Assembly: GCA_964016885.1 (NCBI GenBank)
Contig: OZ024741.1
Coordinates: 251,658,001-251,722,000 of the forward strand
From: Eledone cirrhosa
Taxonomy: Eukaryota
Length of the DNA stretch: 64,000 nt
Direction: 5' to 3'
The notes under the pieces are model-generated. The model saw nothing but the letters and a program-made list of their open reading frames with translations. It did not search any database and was not told the origin of the DNA. The stretch's first letter is position 1. Each line of letters opens with the position of its first letter. Positions 13,362-28,440 of this stretch are shown here, one piece after another. A program made the position numbers and the translations under genes.

Positions 13362-14761
13362 ATACTCATCTTTTTCTATTTATCTGAGGGTTCTAAACCC
13401 CATTATCAGGCTAAAATTCCTTTAGTCAAAAATACGGTGAAAGCTATTCTATCTTCTAATTTCAAACCTGCTCACTGTTTCAAAACATACTTACTTGATA
13501 TATATATTTATATGTGTGTGTGTGTGTGTATGTGTCTTTGTACATATATAAAACACTTGGTAGCAGAGAAAACATAATCATTTTTAACATCATCATCATC
13601 ACTCATTTTTATGAATACTTAATCTAAGCTAGACAAGCTAGGGGGCCATTTTATGATTTCTGCAGATGGATACTTTTCCTAATGCCAACGATTTCATAGA
13701 GTGAGTGTACTGATTGCATGATATCATGGCACCTGCAGTGAGGAGGTTGCAATGTGTATGCTGTGACTGAAGAGCCCTCTCAACCTTTTTTGGTATGGTT
13801 TCTATGGCTGGATGATTTTTCTAATACCAATCAGTTTACAGAGAGTAAATGGATGCATTTTCTCTCAGAGAGAGATTTTCAGATCATTGACTTGTTCTCC
13901 CCATCCTATGCTCCAACCAGTTGAATCTCAGTTACATCACAGAACCAAGTGTATTTTAAAGTGGAACAACTAGGTTCCACTATAAAAGAGAATAGGTGGA
14001 TGACAAGTGTGGTAGCATAAAACAGAAGGAATGAAAGGAAGCAATGTATGAGAGAAAAGAATAAGAATAGTACTAAAAATTGTTGGTAGATGGATCAAGT
14101 ATAAATGGAGCAAATATCACATCTTGCTACATGGTAGAGACAGAATATATAATAAATATGTAGAGAGAAGAGGGTATAAGAATGTAGTGGCTAATAATAC
14201 AGTAGATGTGGAGGAAGAGTGGAGTTAATAAAGATATATTGAGTCTCTTGCTTATACTGGTGAGTGGGACATCTCTAACACTGTATGTCACCAATCAACA
14301 TGGTCATTTTTCATCTTCATCATGAAGTTCAGCTTCCTAAAGTCAGTTTTCACCACTTCATCCCTTCTCTCCCTGGTTGTACCACTTCAACAAGCCCCAT
14401 ACACTGAAATTTCTCTGGATTTCTTTATACAGTTGTCATTGTCCATATACATCACATGTCTATACCAGAACAATCTCTCTTACACTTCTTTTTTAGTTCC
14501 TTTTGCTTCTGATAGAGCATTGGGTGACGTCTATCATTTTTGTAGCAATTTTGATTAATGGTGATAAGGCTGCTCACTTCTCTTCTCAATTTAAATATTA
14601 ATTTATTATAAAATAAAGGAATGAGAAAAAAGAAAATGAAGACAACTTATCTTATATTTCATGTCCTAGTTAAGTTATTTACATTTAAATCTCAGTGTCA
14701 TAGGAACATAAGACAAAATTATTATTACCATTTCCCCACAGAGAAATCTTGGAAATATTAA

Positions 14762-15612
14762 TCTATATATCTAAAATAGAGAATATCTGTCTGTCTGTCT
14801 GTCCCCCTAAAACTCGAGAACCACCCAACCAATTTTTTTCAAACTTTACACATGTAATACTTATGGTCGTATGAGTGTTTTGAGCAAAAATTTTCAATGC
14901 CCTAGAGACCGCATTAGGCGAAAAACCGCATATTTTAGGCTTTAAAGGCTTTTTTTAGGCATAACGGAACAATAATCCAGGTGATTTCTTCAAAATTTGC
15001 ATTACTTATGTTGTTTAAAGGGTTTTGAGCAAAAAAGATTTTCTCATTTTTTGCTCCAGGGACCGCATTAGGCAAAAAACCGATTTTAAAGCATTTTGGT
15101 TGTGTTAGGGCCTGTAACTCGAGAAGTACCCAACCAATTTTTTTTAAACTTTGCATATTCATTACTTATGTTTCACAAATTTTCTTGATTGAAAAAGATT
15201 TCAAATTTTTGCCCGGGGACCGCATTTAGCATTTTTGTTGCGTTAGGGCCTGTAACCTTAAAAGTATCCAACTAAATTATTTCATGCTCTCCACCACTGC
15301 AGTCCCACATGCTTACTGCTCTGTAACTATTGCTTTCATTGTACCATAGCACAACAAATACATGTTCAGTTTGTCGAATGCCTTTTTACTTAAACCTATC
15401 GTCTTGGCTTTCGTGGGTTGAACATTTTACTCACAGGCACCCAATTAAGTTAAACCCCTGGTAATCTACGACAAATTTTTTTTATAGGCATAAAATGTAG
15501 ACACCATCCCCAGGCCGAGGTATTCCGTACTTCTCTGTACTGTTTCAGAAAGGCGGGATAAACATGCCAATCTATGTTTAGAATCCCGAGCAATGCCGGG
15601 TCATTCTGCTCG
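14762..15612 (+). mobile_element. Non-autonomous Helitron-like element
   Basis: A|TCtatatatctaaaa start, (TCTG)n near the 5' end, internal repeats of gggaccgcattaggc, subterminal hairpin cccgagcaatgccggg and a CTCG|T end (CTAG variant). Confidence 0.75.
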
Positions 15613-16039
15613 TCTATGGTAAAACAAAGACAACACCTGATCTTCTTCCACCAAGTTTTTCTCTCAGCTCATTTATATTATGTCATTCATAAACACTAAC
15701 ATTATATATCCACAGGAACACACTCACTTCATTTCTGTCTAATCTTTGCAAATTCTCTGCAGTAAAAGACCCATGTCTCATTACATATGACTTGCTCATC
15801 ATATTCCATGCAAAATATTTTGTCATCTCAGCAACTATACCAGAAGATCCAGCTGCCTTCATTACCCTCATACCTCATTATACAATCACATAAAATCAAA
15901 CAGCCTGTGTTACTTCATGGAACATGTATCGAGTAATACCAGTAAAAAGATAAACTCAAAGAAAGCCAGCCCACAATTTCTCACGAGGATAAGAATGGAT
16001 ATAACTACAGTTGAATGTTCCCATCCCAGGATAGTCATA

Positions 16040-17990
16040 ATACTTGTTTCTACTTTAGGCACAAGGCTAGCAATTTGAAGACGAGGGGACAGTCAGTTAA
16101 ATCGACCCCAGTACTAAACTGGTACTATATTTTATCAACCCCATAAGAATGAAAGGCAAAGCTAACCTTGGTGGGATTTGAACTCAAAACGCAAAGGGAC
16201 GTAACTCTATGCTGCAAAGCACATGGTCCAACTTTCTACCGATACTGCCAATCCACCACCACATGATATTCATAATAATGATTTCTAATCTAAACACAAG
16301 GCCTGCAATTGGTAGGGAGGAGGACATTGATTATATTGGCCTCAGTATACGACAGGCACTTTATTTTATCAATCCTTGAAGGATGAAAGGCAAAGTTAAC
16401 CTTGGCAGGATTTGAACTCAGAATGTAAAGAATAGGAACAAATGCTACAAAGCATTTTATCCGATGCTCTACCGACTCTGCCAATCCATAATTTTTGTGA
16501 TATTCATAACAATGCAAATATTTTAATTGAATTTTGCCAAGATACATTTTTAAAGGTGAAGACTATGATTATGTTGATTAAAATTTTTAAAAATATTTTT
16601 TTGTTTTGTTCTCATTCATAACTGTAGAAATGATACTACATTCCTGTAGGAATTCTATGACATTATCCTGGTTGCTATTATTTATTATGAACAGGAAAAT
16701 GGAAAGCATGATGAAAAATTTTCTGAGTTAACATTATAGAATGAAAAGTGATAAAAGGCAAAATTGGCCTCAGTGGTATTTGAACTCTGAACATATACAA
16801 TAATTAAAACATTTTGATGGTTTGAGAGCAGATGAGGGTGAAGATGTGTGTGTAAACTTGTCTTTTACATCGCTTTTCTTTATCTCTTTATTCCAGTCAC
16901 TTCTGTGTGCCAACACACTTCTCCTTGTCTTCCTCCTCATTCAATCTTTTCTATATTTCATCTGCCTGTCACCCACCTTGTGGATTGTCTCTCTGTTGAC
17001 CGCTGGCTGCTGGTCTCCATCCTCTGAGGCATTTTCCTCCATTGTTGACTTTGACTGCATTTAGCTGTTTTAGTAGCTGTTCTAGCGATGAGTTTTCTCA
17101 TTTTTATATGAATTCAAATACAATAATGTTTTGTAATATAAGCACAAGGCCTGCAATGTTTAGGAGAAGGGGAAATCAATTATATTGACCTAACTGGCAC
17201 TTATTTTTTATTGATCTCAGAAGGATGAAAGATAAAGTTGATCTCAGCAGGATTTGAACTGATATCGTAAAGACTTGGAAAAAATGCAGCAAAGCCCTTT
17301 GTCCAATGTTCTAATGATTCTGCTAATCCACCACCACCACCATACAATAAAGGTTTCTAGTTTTTGCACAAGGTCAGCAATTCTTTTTTGTGGGGTAGGG
17401 AGAGAAAATCGATTATATCAACCCTCATATTAGCCTGATACTTTATTTTACTGATCTCAAAAGGATGAAAGACAAAGTTGACTTCCGCATGATTTGAACT
17501 CAGAATATAAAGAGCCAGAACAAATGTAGCAAAGCACTTTGTCTGATGGGTTAACAAGTTTGCCAATCCACCATCTCACGTATATAATAATGAAAGTATT
17601 ATGTTCCCATCTTCATATCCAAGTAATTACAATAAACTTTAACATTAGAGTAGAATGCACTAAACTGTAGTTATATCAAGGGTATTATATGGTGCAGGCT
17701 ATCATATATTATCAATGTAAAAATCAGTTTTGCAGAAAAGTTCAACTCATTCATCAGAAAACATTTGTTGAGGTGCCATAGATTCCAGAAAATACCTACA
17801 TCATCATCATCACCATCACCATTTAACATCCATTTTCCCATGGTATTGTGGGTGTAGCAATTAGCAGAGTCATTAGAACATTGGGCAAAATGTTGAATGA
17901 TATTTTTTCCAGTTCTTTACATTCTAAGTTCAAATCCCACCAAGGTCAACTTTGTTTTTCATCCTTTCACAGTCAATAAAATATCAAAAT
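16040..17990. mobile_element. Five older SINE family 1 copies (16040-16260, 16280-16490, 17130-17335, 17350-17575 minus; 17850-17990 plus)
   Basis: Diverged matches to the family 1 core aaggatgaaaggcaaagttaacct...gatttgaactcag. Confidence 0.75.
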
Positions 17991-18769
17991 ACCAATCAAA
18001 AATGGCAGATTAATAAAATTACTAGATCAGGTCATCAGATGAGATGACATGCAACATTTGTTCCTGCTTTGTGCATCCTCAGTTCAAACCCCACTGTGAC
18101 CTATTTTGATGGTATACTTAATTTGTTGCCTGGCTTAACACCAATGGATGCACAAAGGCTATGTATTCCAAGACCCCAGAAAGGGTCCAAAAGGGAGCAA
18201 CTCTTAACAATCGGCAACTGCTGGACAGATGTTACAGGCAAAAACCAACCAGCAGGAGATTCAGAGTTAGACTCCAAACAAGATGGCTAGATACACCCAT
18301 GAGCTCAAATAGATACAGCCAGATCAATTGGAAATTCTTGCTTCTAACAGGACCCTCTTAGTATGCTCGAAGACTCTGTTCCCACGACCCTCACAAGAAG
18401 AAGAAGTAGTAGGCTTAACACCATTGCCTGACTTTTGAGTGCCGTTGGAAGAATCCCCTCCCATGTCATCATTTGGACCAGGTTTCCAGTTTCCAATGAA
18501 TTCCTCCATCCATTGCACTAGCCCCAGAGGTCTTGAAAAAAGTCATAGGCACTGTTCCCCACCCCTGACTAAACAGTAAAACGAAAACAATAAAATAAAA
18601 AAGAAAGCAATTGAAAATATTCTCTGTATCATAAATGCCACCATATCCTGCTGTCACATAATACATAATACAAGTAATCAGCAGCCTCAACATATAACAA
18701 GGTGTCGATATGTGATTGCTGCATCATGCCCCCTCCCCCCCGATAGAAATATCTAGAAATAAAATAAAA

Positions 18770-18930
18770 CAAACATCATATACAGGGTCACTATGTCCTG
18801 TTACAACGTATCAAATTGCTACATTGGACAGACGAAAAATATCACCATACCTAAAGAAACACAACAGTTCATTTGACTGCCTAGAAAATCCTACATCACT
18901 AATCAAGCACATTTGGAAATCAAAGGATGC
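18770..18930 (+). mobile_element. Possible Penelope-like GIY-YIG endonuclease remnant
   Basis: SYTG...HNSSFDCLENPTSLIKHIWKSKD resembles the YIG...HxxSF...NxTxLSKHIWxLKD pattern of Penelope-like endonucleases. Confidence 0.5.
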
Positions 18931-18944
18931 ATGTAAGAATGGTA

Positions 18945-19355
18945 TGATGTGATATGTGGTGTGGTGTGGTGTGGTGTGGTGTGATGTGGTGTGGTGTGAT
19001 GTGATGTGATGTGGTGTGATGTGGTGTGGTGTGGTGTGATGTGATGTGATGTGGTGTGATGTGATGTGGTGTGGTGTGGTGTGATGTGATGTGGTGTGGT
19101 GTGGTGTGATGTGATGTGATGTGGTGTGATGTGGTGTGGTGTGATGTGATGTGATGTGGTGTGGTGTGGTGTGGTGTGGTGTGATGTGGTGTGGTGTGGT
19201 GTGGTGTGGTGTGGTGTGGTGTGATGTGGTGTGGTGTGGTGTGGTGTGGTGTGGTGTGATGTGGTGTGATGTGGTGTGGTGTGATGTGGTGTGATATGAT
19301 GTGGTGTGGTGTGGTGTGGTGTGATGTGGTGTGGTGTGATGTGATGTGGTGTGAT
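18945..19355. repeat. (GTGTG/GTGAT)n pentanucleotide satellite
   Basis: Directly visible; source of the HHTTP ORFs. Confidence 0.95.
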
Positions 19356-19592
19356 GCATGTTTGTATGTGTGCATGAATGTATGTATGTGTGTGTGGGTG
19401 TATGTATGTATGCATATTCATATATTAATTATAGATCTGTATTCATACAGAAACATATTTACTGGGAGAATGAAATCTTGATAAAATGATAAATAGGCAG
19501 AGATACATAAACAAACATGAATACATATATAATACACATGCATATATGCACAGACATACATCCATACTATATATATATATGTATACATATAC

Positions 19593-19624
<32 letters not shown>

Positions 19625-19729
19625 ATACACACACATATATATACACACATATATACACATATATATACATACATATATTTATATATATATATTTATATAT
19701 ATATATACACACACACACATATATATACA

Positions 19730-20133
19730 TGTAGAAGATCACGCCATCTAGCGTCGACTGTGAAGGCAGTCGATTAACTGCCCTTAGTTCTAATGTCATG
19801 TTCTGACGTCAGTAGCTGAGACAATAAGACTTGGACAATGAGAGCTCAGAGATAATAGACGTGCTATCTCTATCATGCTATCTTCATGCAGTGATCCAAA
19901 GGATGACATCACACCATGCAGTAGAATATGACGACTTAAATATATCCCAACCTAGGAGCACTAATGTATTTGTATATATTCTGTAATTGCTCCTATATAA
20001 AAAATGTTTTTATAACATAAAATTGAGGTATGTTCCTTATTCCTTGTTTGACCATGTGCCAATAAATAATATCCAATTAGACGGCATGTCTGACCATCCC
20101 GCATAAAGTGGTGACCCCGACATGATTTCTACA
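19730..20133 (+). mobile_element. Solo LTR-like element (Gypsy-like), 404 bp
   Basis: TGTAGAA...TTCTACA termini, taca 4-bp flanking direct repeat (19726-19729 / 20134-20137), TATA-like cctatataaa near 19993, AATAAA at 20061 and tRNA-Trp-complementary tggtgaccccgacatgattt at 20109-20128. Confidence 0.7.
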
Positions 20134-20385
20134 TACATATACACATATATACATATATATATGTGTATATATATATACATATATATACACACATATATAT
20201 ATGCACATATATATACATATATACATATATATAAATATACATATATATATATATACATATACATATATACATATACATATACATACATATACATAGATAC
20301 ATATATATACACATATATATATATATGTATATATATATATAGATAGATACATATACACACATATATATATATTTATATATATATA

Positions 20386-20445
<60 letters not shown>

Positions 20446-20829
20446 CATACATATATCTATATAGATACATATATATACATATATATCTATATATATATAT
20501 ATAGTAAAAAATTAAACGGGAACAAAACAGAGAGGCAGTACAAACAAAGGTTTATTAGTTTCACGCTCTTGAGAGTGGGGTGGTGATATATATAGATAAA
20601 TAGATACATATATGTATATATATATGGTGGCTGCCAACTCGTTTTCGAGTATGGCCACTACTTTATATCCATGTAGGAGAACCCCTACTGATGCACTGAA
20701 TGAGTGTGACGTTTTAGTCCAGCCAGCGACTTGAAAACTCTGGTACAAACACTACACTTGTGACAATTATTGACACATAGTGCTGGGCCCATGGTACCAT
20801 GTGATGACAAGTGCAGAGAGATCTCCAGA

Positions 20830-20928
20830 TATAAAGCTGTGCTCCTGCCGTTTTGACAGCTAGGTTCAGACCTCCTAGCTGTTGAAACGCTCAGAGCTGA
20901 GTTGTCGGGGTCCTGACCCTTTTCCTAT
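20830..20928 (+). mobile_element. Diverged copy of the GC-rich fold-back half-hammerhead family
   Basis: gacagctagg...cctagctgtt GAAA cgctcagagctgagttg TC ggggtc resembles 40271-40325. Confidence 0.55.
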
Positions 20929-21060
20929 AGATACATATATATATATATATAGATACACACACGTATATATAAACATACACACACACATATATATACATAC
21001 ACACACACACATATTTATACATTCACACACATATATATACATACACACACACATATATAT

Positions 21061-21092
<32 letters not shown>

Positions 21093-21100
21093 GTATCTCA

Positions 21101-21131
<31 letters not shown>

Positions 21132-21347
21132 CAAATACATATATATACAAATACATATATATACATATATATATATATTCATTTCATCATAATTCATATA
21201 TAAATATGTGTGTGTGTGTGTAAAGAAAGAGGAGGAGAAAGAGGTAGAGAAGGTAAGTTGCCAAAGAGATTAGAAGATTTATAAATATAATTATGAATAT
21301 AGATAAATAAATGAATATATCCGATATATATATATATATGTATATAT

Positions 21348-24300
21348 CATCATCATCATCATCTTCGTTTAATGTCCATTTTCCACGCTAGCATGGGTTA
21401 GACGGGAGTTGTCCCACTTGAGGCAAGGTTGGTCGGGTGACTGTGTCTCGCTCATATAGGACTATCTGGTAGGTTTTCTACGGCTGGATGCCCTTCCTAA
21501 CACCTACCACATTTACAGTGTGGAACTGGGAACTTTTTACCGTGTTACCTACACGGCCACATTACAGCATGGACTGTGTGTGTTTTTTGTCGTGACACCT
21601 ACACGATCTCGATCTCATTAGCTCATGCTGTTGGTGGGAGTGGGAGGATAGGGTAGGGGTAGTGGGACGGGGTGTATATTTGGTTAAGAGGTGTCTACTG
21701 ACTGTAGGTTTCGCTTTGTACTTAGGCAAGGCGGGTCTTCTGTATTGCTGCGTAGCACCAAAGATCTCAGTCCAGTGACATTGTCTTAGAGAGGTGTAAG
21801 TGTCTGAGGTCGGAATTTATCAGATCATCCCAGGTTTTTCTGGGTCTACCTACTCCATAACTACCATCAATTTTGATCGCCCTGCACTTTTTTATGCAGC
21901 TGTCGTTTTTCATGCGCATGATGTGACTATACCAACGTAGTCTTCTCTCAAGTAAACAGCATCTGATCCCTCTTATTCCTAATTTCTCACTTAGTTGATT
22001 TATGCTTTGCCGTTCAAGTATATTACTATTATACATCCAACGGAGCATGCATGCTTCGTTCCTTTCTAGTCTGAGCAGGTCCTCTGCACGTAATGCCCAG
22101 GTCTCACTGCCATGTAGCATTGGTGCTCGTATACAGGCATCATACAATCTGCCTTTCATTTTTAGAGAGAAACCTTTTGTGGCCAACAGCGGTATAAGGT
22201 CTCTGAACTTTTTCCATCCCGTTCTGACTCTGGCTACTGTACTTTCAGAACACCCTCCACCACTACTGATTTCGTCACCTAGGTAATGGAAAGTGTCTAC
22301 TATTTCTATAGAACCATCTGGGCAATAGAAGGAGCTAGTATCATTTGGACAGTTGCTACTTATTGCACCTGAGCATTGGCCACATATAAAGTCAACGTTC
22401 TTAGATAGTTTACCTGTGATCCCACTACATCTTTTATGTACCTATACTTTGCATTTGGGACATAAAATGGAATTTCTGCCTACTCCTTTCCTACACACTG
22501 AGCATGGCCATTTCCCTGAGGACACCTGTGCCCTATTTTCCTTTCTACAAACTAGAACTTTAGTCTTAGACAAGTTAACTTTAAGACCTTTTGATTCTAG
22601 GCCATGCTTCCATGTTTCAAATTTCTTCTCTAGTTCAGCCATTGATTCAGCTATGAGCGTTAGATCATCTGCGTATAGGAGTTCCCATGGCAGCCGGTCT
22701 TGAACTCCTCTGTTATAGCCTGAAGGGCAATAATAAATAAGAGGGGGACTAAGGACAAAGCCTTGATGAACGCCAACTTTTACACTAAATTCTTCACAAT
22801 ATTCATTGTTACTTCTAGCCTTACTGACTGTTTCATTATACATAGCTTGTATAGCTCTCACAAGCCAATCATCTACACCTAGTTTTCTAAGAGCCCACCA
22901 GATAATGGAGCGGGGGACTCTGTCAAAGGCTTTCTCCAGGTCTACAAAAGCTAAGTAGAAGGGTTTACTTTTAGCTAGGTACTTCTCTTGTAGTTGTCGT
23001 ACAAGTAAAAGAGCGTCTGTGGTACTTTTACCTGACACAAACCCAAACTGCATTTCATCTAGATCAATTCGCTCTCTGATTAGTTGCGCTATAACTCTTT
23101 CTGTGACCTTCATGACCTGGTCAACTAACTTAATGCCTCTATAGTTTCCCCTATCTAGAGCATCCCCTTTACCCTTGTAGCAGTTAATGATGATGCTGCT
23201 ACGCCAGTCTTTCGGTATGACCCCATTCTGTATTACTTTGTTAACTATACGGGTGACCATAGTGTGTCCCACCATACCAGATGCCTTCAACATCTCAGCA
23301 ACTATCTCCGAAGGTCCAGCTGCCTTGCCTGTCTTCATATCTTTGATTGCCTTACTTATTATACTACCTTTAACTTGCACCGCTGGTCCTTCTATTGGAT
23401 TGATTTGGGGCAGACTATCTTTTTCCCATTTATTCTTCTCATTTAATAGTCTCTCGTAGTGACACTTCCAGGCTATCTTCTTATCAGTATCAGTGAGCGC
23501 AAGTACACCATTATCATTACGGACACACTTCTCTCCGACAATATCACGGTTTTCCTTGACACATTGTCTAGCAATCCTGAACACCTCACGTCTTTGGTCC
23601 TCACGTTGTAGAACATGCTTGAACTTTCTATCCTCTGCTACCCTTTTTGCAAGGTACACTTGTCTCCTAGCTTCTCTCCAGTCCATTTGATAGTGCTCTC
23701 TACTTCCCCCATCCTGCCATACTTTCCAAGCCTGCTTTTTGGCCTTGATTGTCTCTTCCACTTTACTGTTCCATCACCAAGTTACTCTCCTCCTGCCAAT
23801 AGGTCTGCTCCAGCCACAGATTTCATCCATTGCTTTCAACGGGTTCACTTTCAAGAATTGCCACTGTTCCTCTATATTGTACGTCTCTAATTGCTCTTAC
23901 TTATTGTCAAAGGCATCAAGTAATGAGCTTTTAAATTTGTCACTGGCTATGGGGTCCTTCAACTTCCATATTCTTCTCCTCAAGGTAGGCCTCCTCTGTC
24001 GTCGAGTACGTCTATTTCTGACTATGAGGTCACTAACTACTAGGCTATGTTGGGAGGTGCATTCTTCATGGGGGAGGGATTTAGTGTTTACAACAGACAT
24101 TTTGCCCCGTCTTCTAGTAAGGATATAATCTATCTGGCTGGCGTGTTCCCCTGATCTATAGGTGATCAAGTGGTTTTCATGTTTTTTGAAGTTTGTGTTA
24201 CAGATAGTTAGGCTATTTGCGTCACAGAATTCCAGGATTCTGAAGCCCTCCTCATTTCTATTTCCAACCCCATAGCCTCCATCGATTCCATCATAGCCAT

Positions 24301-25356
24301 CACTATGTTGTCCAACGTGTCCGTTTAAATTGCCAGCAATAATTAAGTAGTCACTGTCGGTTATTTGGGAGGTAGTGTGCATTAGCATCTCATAGAACCT
24401 GTCTTTTATAACCTCAGGTAGATCAGATTGGGGTGCATAATCAGATATTATTGTCACAGTAGTTCTATTTAGAACTAGTCTTAATTTAATTATTCTGTCA
24501 TTCACTCGCTTTACGTCAATTACCTTATCTACCCATTTTTCAGCTAACATAATTCCTACACCACCCTGTCCGTTGTCATTTCCCACCTAGAAAAGTTTAT
24601 AGCATCGTTTTTTACCCACGATGAATCTGGCAGACCCCCCTCTCCACCTAGTCTCTTGAATACAACAAACATCAACTTCTTTACGTTCAAGCATCTCTAC
24701 AACCTCATTTGAGCGACCTTTCAATGTGCCTACGTTCATGGTACCAACTCTGAAGTTGGGAGGGTGGGATGGGTTGGATGGGCAGGGAGGGGTGTGGGAG
24801 ACGGGATTTTGTTGGTCATCTGTGTCTGAAATAAATAGGGGTCCTTGTATTCTCGTCTTGCAGTGGGAGGTGAATTTATCTTTATCTGTGACATTGTCAT
24901 TGAGTGCTTAGACTTTTCAAATTTCCACAATCAATCCATCAAACAGGTCTAAACTTAAGGAGTAGTAACCGGGGTGGTAGATTTGCTATACTGATTTGTT
25001 AGAGAACTTACTAAAGTCGCTGAGTTATGATTGGACCGTTAGCAATGGTGGTGGTGGTGGTGGGGGGGGGGCAATGTTGGGGGAAATGGTGGTGTTGTGG
25101 GAAATGGGTGACTTTAGGAGAAGTTTAGTTTTTAGGAAGGGTCCAACAGATTGAGACATATTAAAAACATGTAAAATAATAATTTAAAATCCGAGAGGAA
25201 AACGGAGAATTTGATTTTTAGTGTGGTATAAATAAGAGTTTAAAACACTGCTTAATTGAGGAGACTAAGGAATGAAGAAAAGACAGGTTTTGCTTACATT
25301 CTCAAAATCGCCAGATCGCCCGTAAGATATTTTAATAGATAAATTCTGTCGTTGGG
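21348..25356 (-). mobile_element. Near-full-length RTE LINE (APE endonuclease + RT with internal PHD-type finger), inactivated by stops and frameshifts
   Basis: APE motifs VGTMNVGTL, CCIQETRW, IIAGNLNGH, SQIDYIL, SQH; RT motifs KGKGDALDRGNYRGIKL, QFGF, AFVDLEKAFD, GVHQG, LLYADD, FHYLG; RTE tail ERRLRWYSHIMR, GRPRKTW; (GAT)n 3' tail; (TA)n on both sides. The 5' boundary is approximate. Confidence 0.95.
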
Positions 25357-25388
<32 letters not shown>

Positions 25389-25412
25389 TATTTATATTTA
25401 TATATATATATA

Positions 25413-25802
<390 letters not shown>

Positions 25803-25959
25803 ATATATACAGAGAGAGGGGGAGGAGGAGAGAGAGATTTACATATTTAAGGTTCAGAAATTTATCATTCATCATTATTTATAAATATGTAGATGTACAG
25901 TTGGATAATGGCTGCATTAGGGGATGGTGCACACACACACACATACATATGCATGCCAT

Positions 25960-27539
<1,580 letters not shown>

Positions 27540-27540
<1 letters not shown>

Positions 27541-27720
27541 GCTGGTAGCTATAACTACATCATCCCATCCTACTCCTTATTTGCCAAACAACAAGAGCAT
27601 TCCCAAGATGTGAAATATTTAACTGTCATCCTTAATACAAAACTCTATAGGAACTCTAATACCAGAAGGACTGTTTCCAAGCAAAATCAGATGACAGATG
27701 TAAGGTAGAAGTATTTTAGG
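27540..27720 (+). mobile_element. Possible CR1/L2-type RT C-terminal remnant
   Basis: PSYSLF...DVKYLTVILNTKL...TVSKQNQM resembles KYLGVxLxxxLxW...SKAN. Confidence 0.45.
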
Positions 27721-27887
27721 GTTTATAGCTGTAATACATTAAATAAATTGTATCTCTAACACTAGATCTTCTACTGAGGAACTTAAAATGGACATCTCAA
27801 AATGTTATACATACACACACAAACACACACACACACGCACGCACACACACACACACACATACATATATATTATTATTATTATTATTA

Positions 27888-28085
27888 GGGTGGTGGATTG
27901 GCAGTATCGGTAGAGGGTCTCACGCCATGCTTTGCAGCAAAGAGTTACAGCCCTTTATGGTCTGAGTTCAAATCCCGCCAAGGTTAACTTTGCCTTTCAT
28001 CCTTACGGGGTCGATAAAATAAAGTACCAGTAATACACTGGGATAATAGTTGGCCTTGTGCCAAAAGTAGAAACAATTATTATTA
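27888..28085 (+). mobile_element. SINE family 1, full-length copy within (ATT)n
   Basis: Complete head, core and tail; (ATT)n on both sides. Confidence 0.9.
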
Positions 28086-28090
28086 TTATT

Positions 28091-28440
28091 GTTCTTTGAG
28101 TCTCAGTCATTGATTCCAGTATTTAACTGGAAAGTTTGTTGAAATGAATATCAAGCCACTACCTGCAGCCTCAGATATTCAGGACGTATCGGAGGGTTCT
28201 TGCTGTTCCCAGCAAGCATGCCTTTTGAAGTGTTCCAAAAAGCGGGGCTGGACTAATCTTCTTTAACCATCCCTGGAAACTCTTTGAGATAGTACCTAGT
28301 GCACCTATGACAATCGGGACAACCTTGATTTCATGGCAGTTCCAAATCCTTTTTAACTCCCACTTTAACTCCTGGTATCGGTTAATTTTCTCCCTCTCCT
28401 CATGTCAAATGGGCAGGCTACATCTACAATCAGGCACGAT
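28091..28440 (-). mobile_element. 3' fragment of an R4/Dong-clade non-LTR retrotransposon (restriction-like endonuclease)
   Basis: Minus strand reads CLIVDVACPFD then, after a frameshift, EKINRYQELKWELKRIWNCHEIKVVPIVIGALGTISK...LQKACLLGTARTLRYVLNI*; the 3' end abuts (TAA)n. Confidence 0.85.

Noticed and set aside
16860-17100. Possible coding exon or ORF1 fragment on the minus strand (MEENASEDGDQQ...)
   Set aside because: Only ~33 codons, no recognisable motif and no convincing splice context.
18100-18520. GC-richer stretch resembling a LINE 5' UTR or HDV-like ribozyme
   Set aside because: I could not build a convincing fold or assign a family by eye.
18811-19421. His/Thr/Pro-rich repeat protein
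   Set aside because: Pentanucleotide satellite open in all three minus frames.
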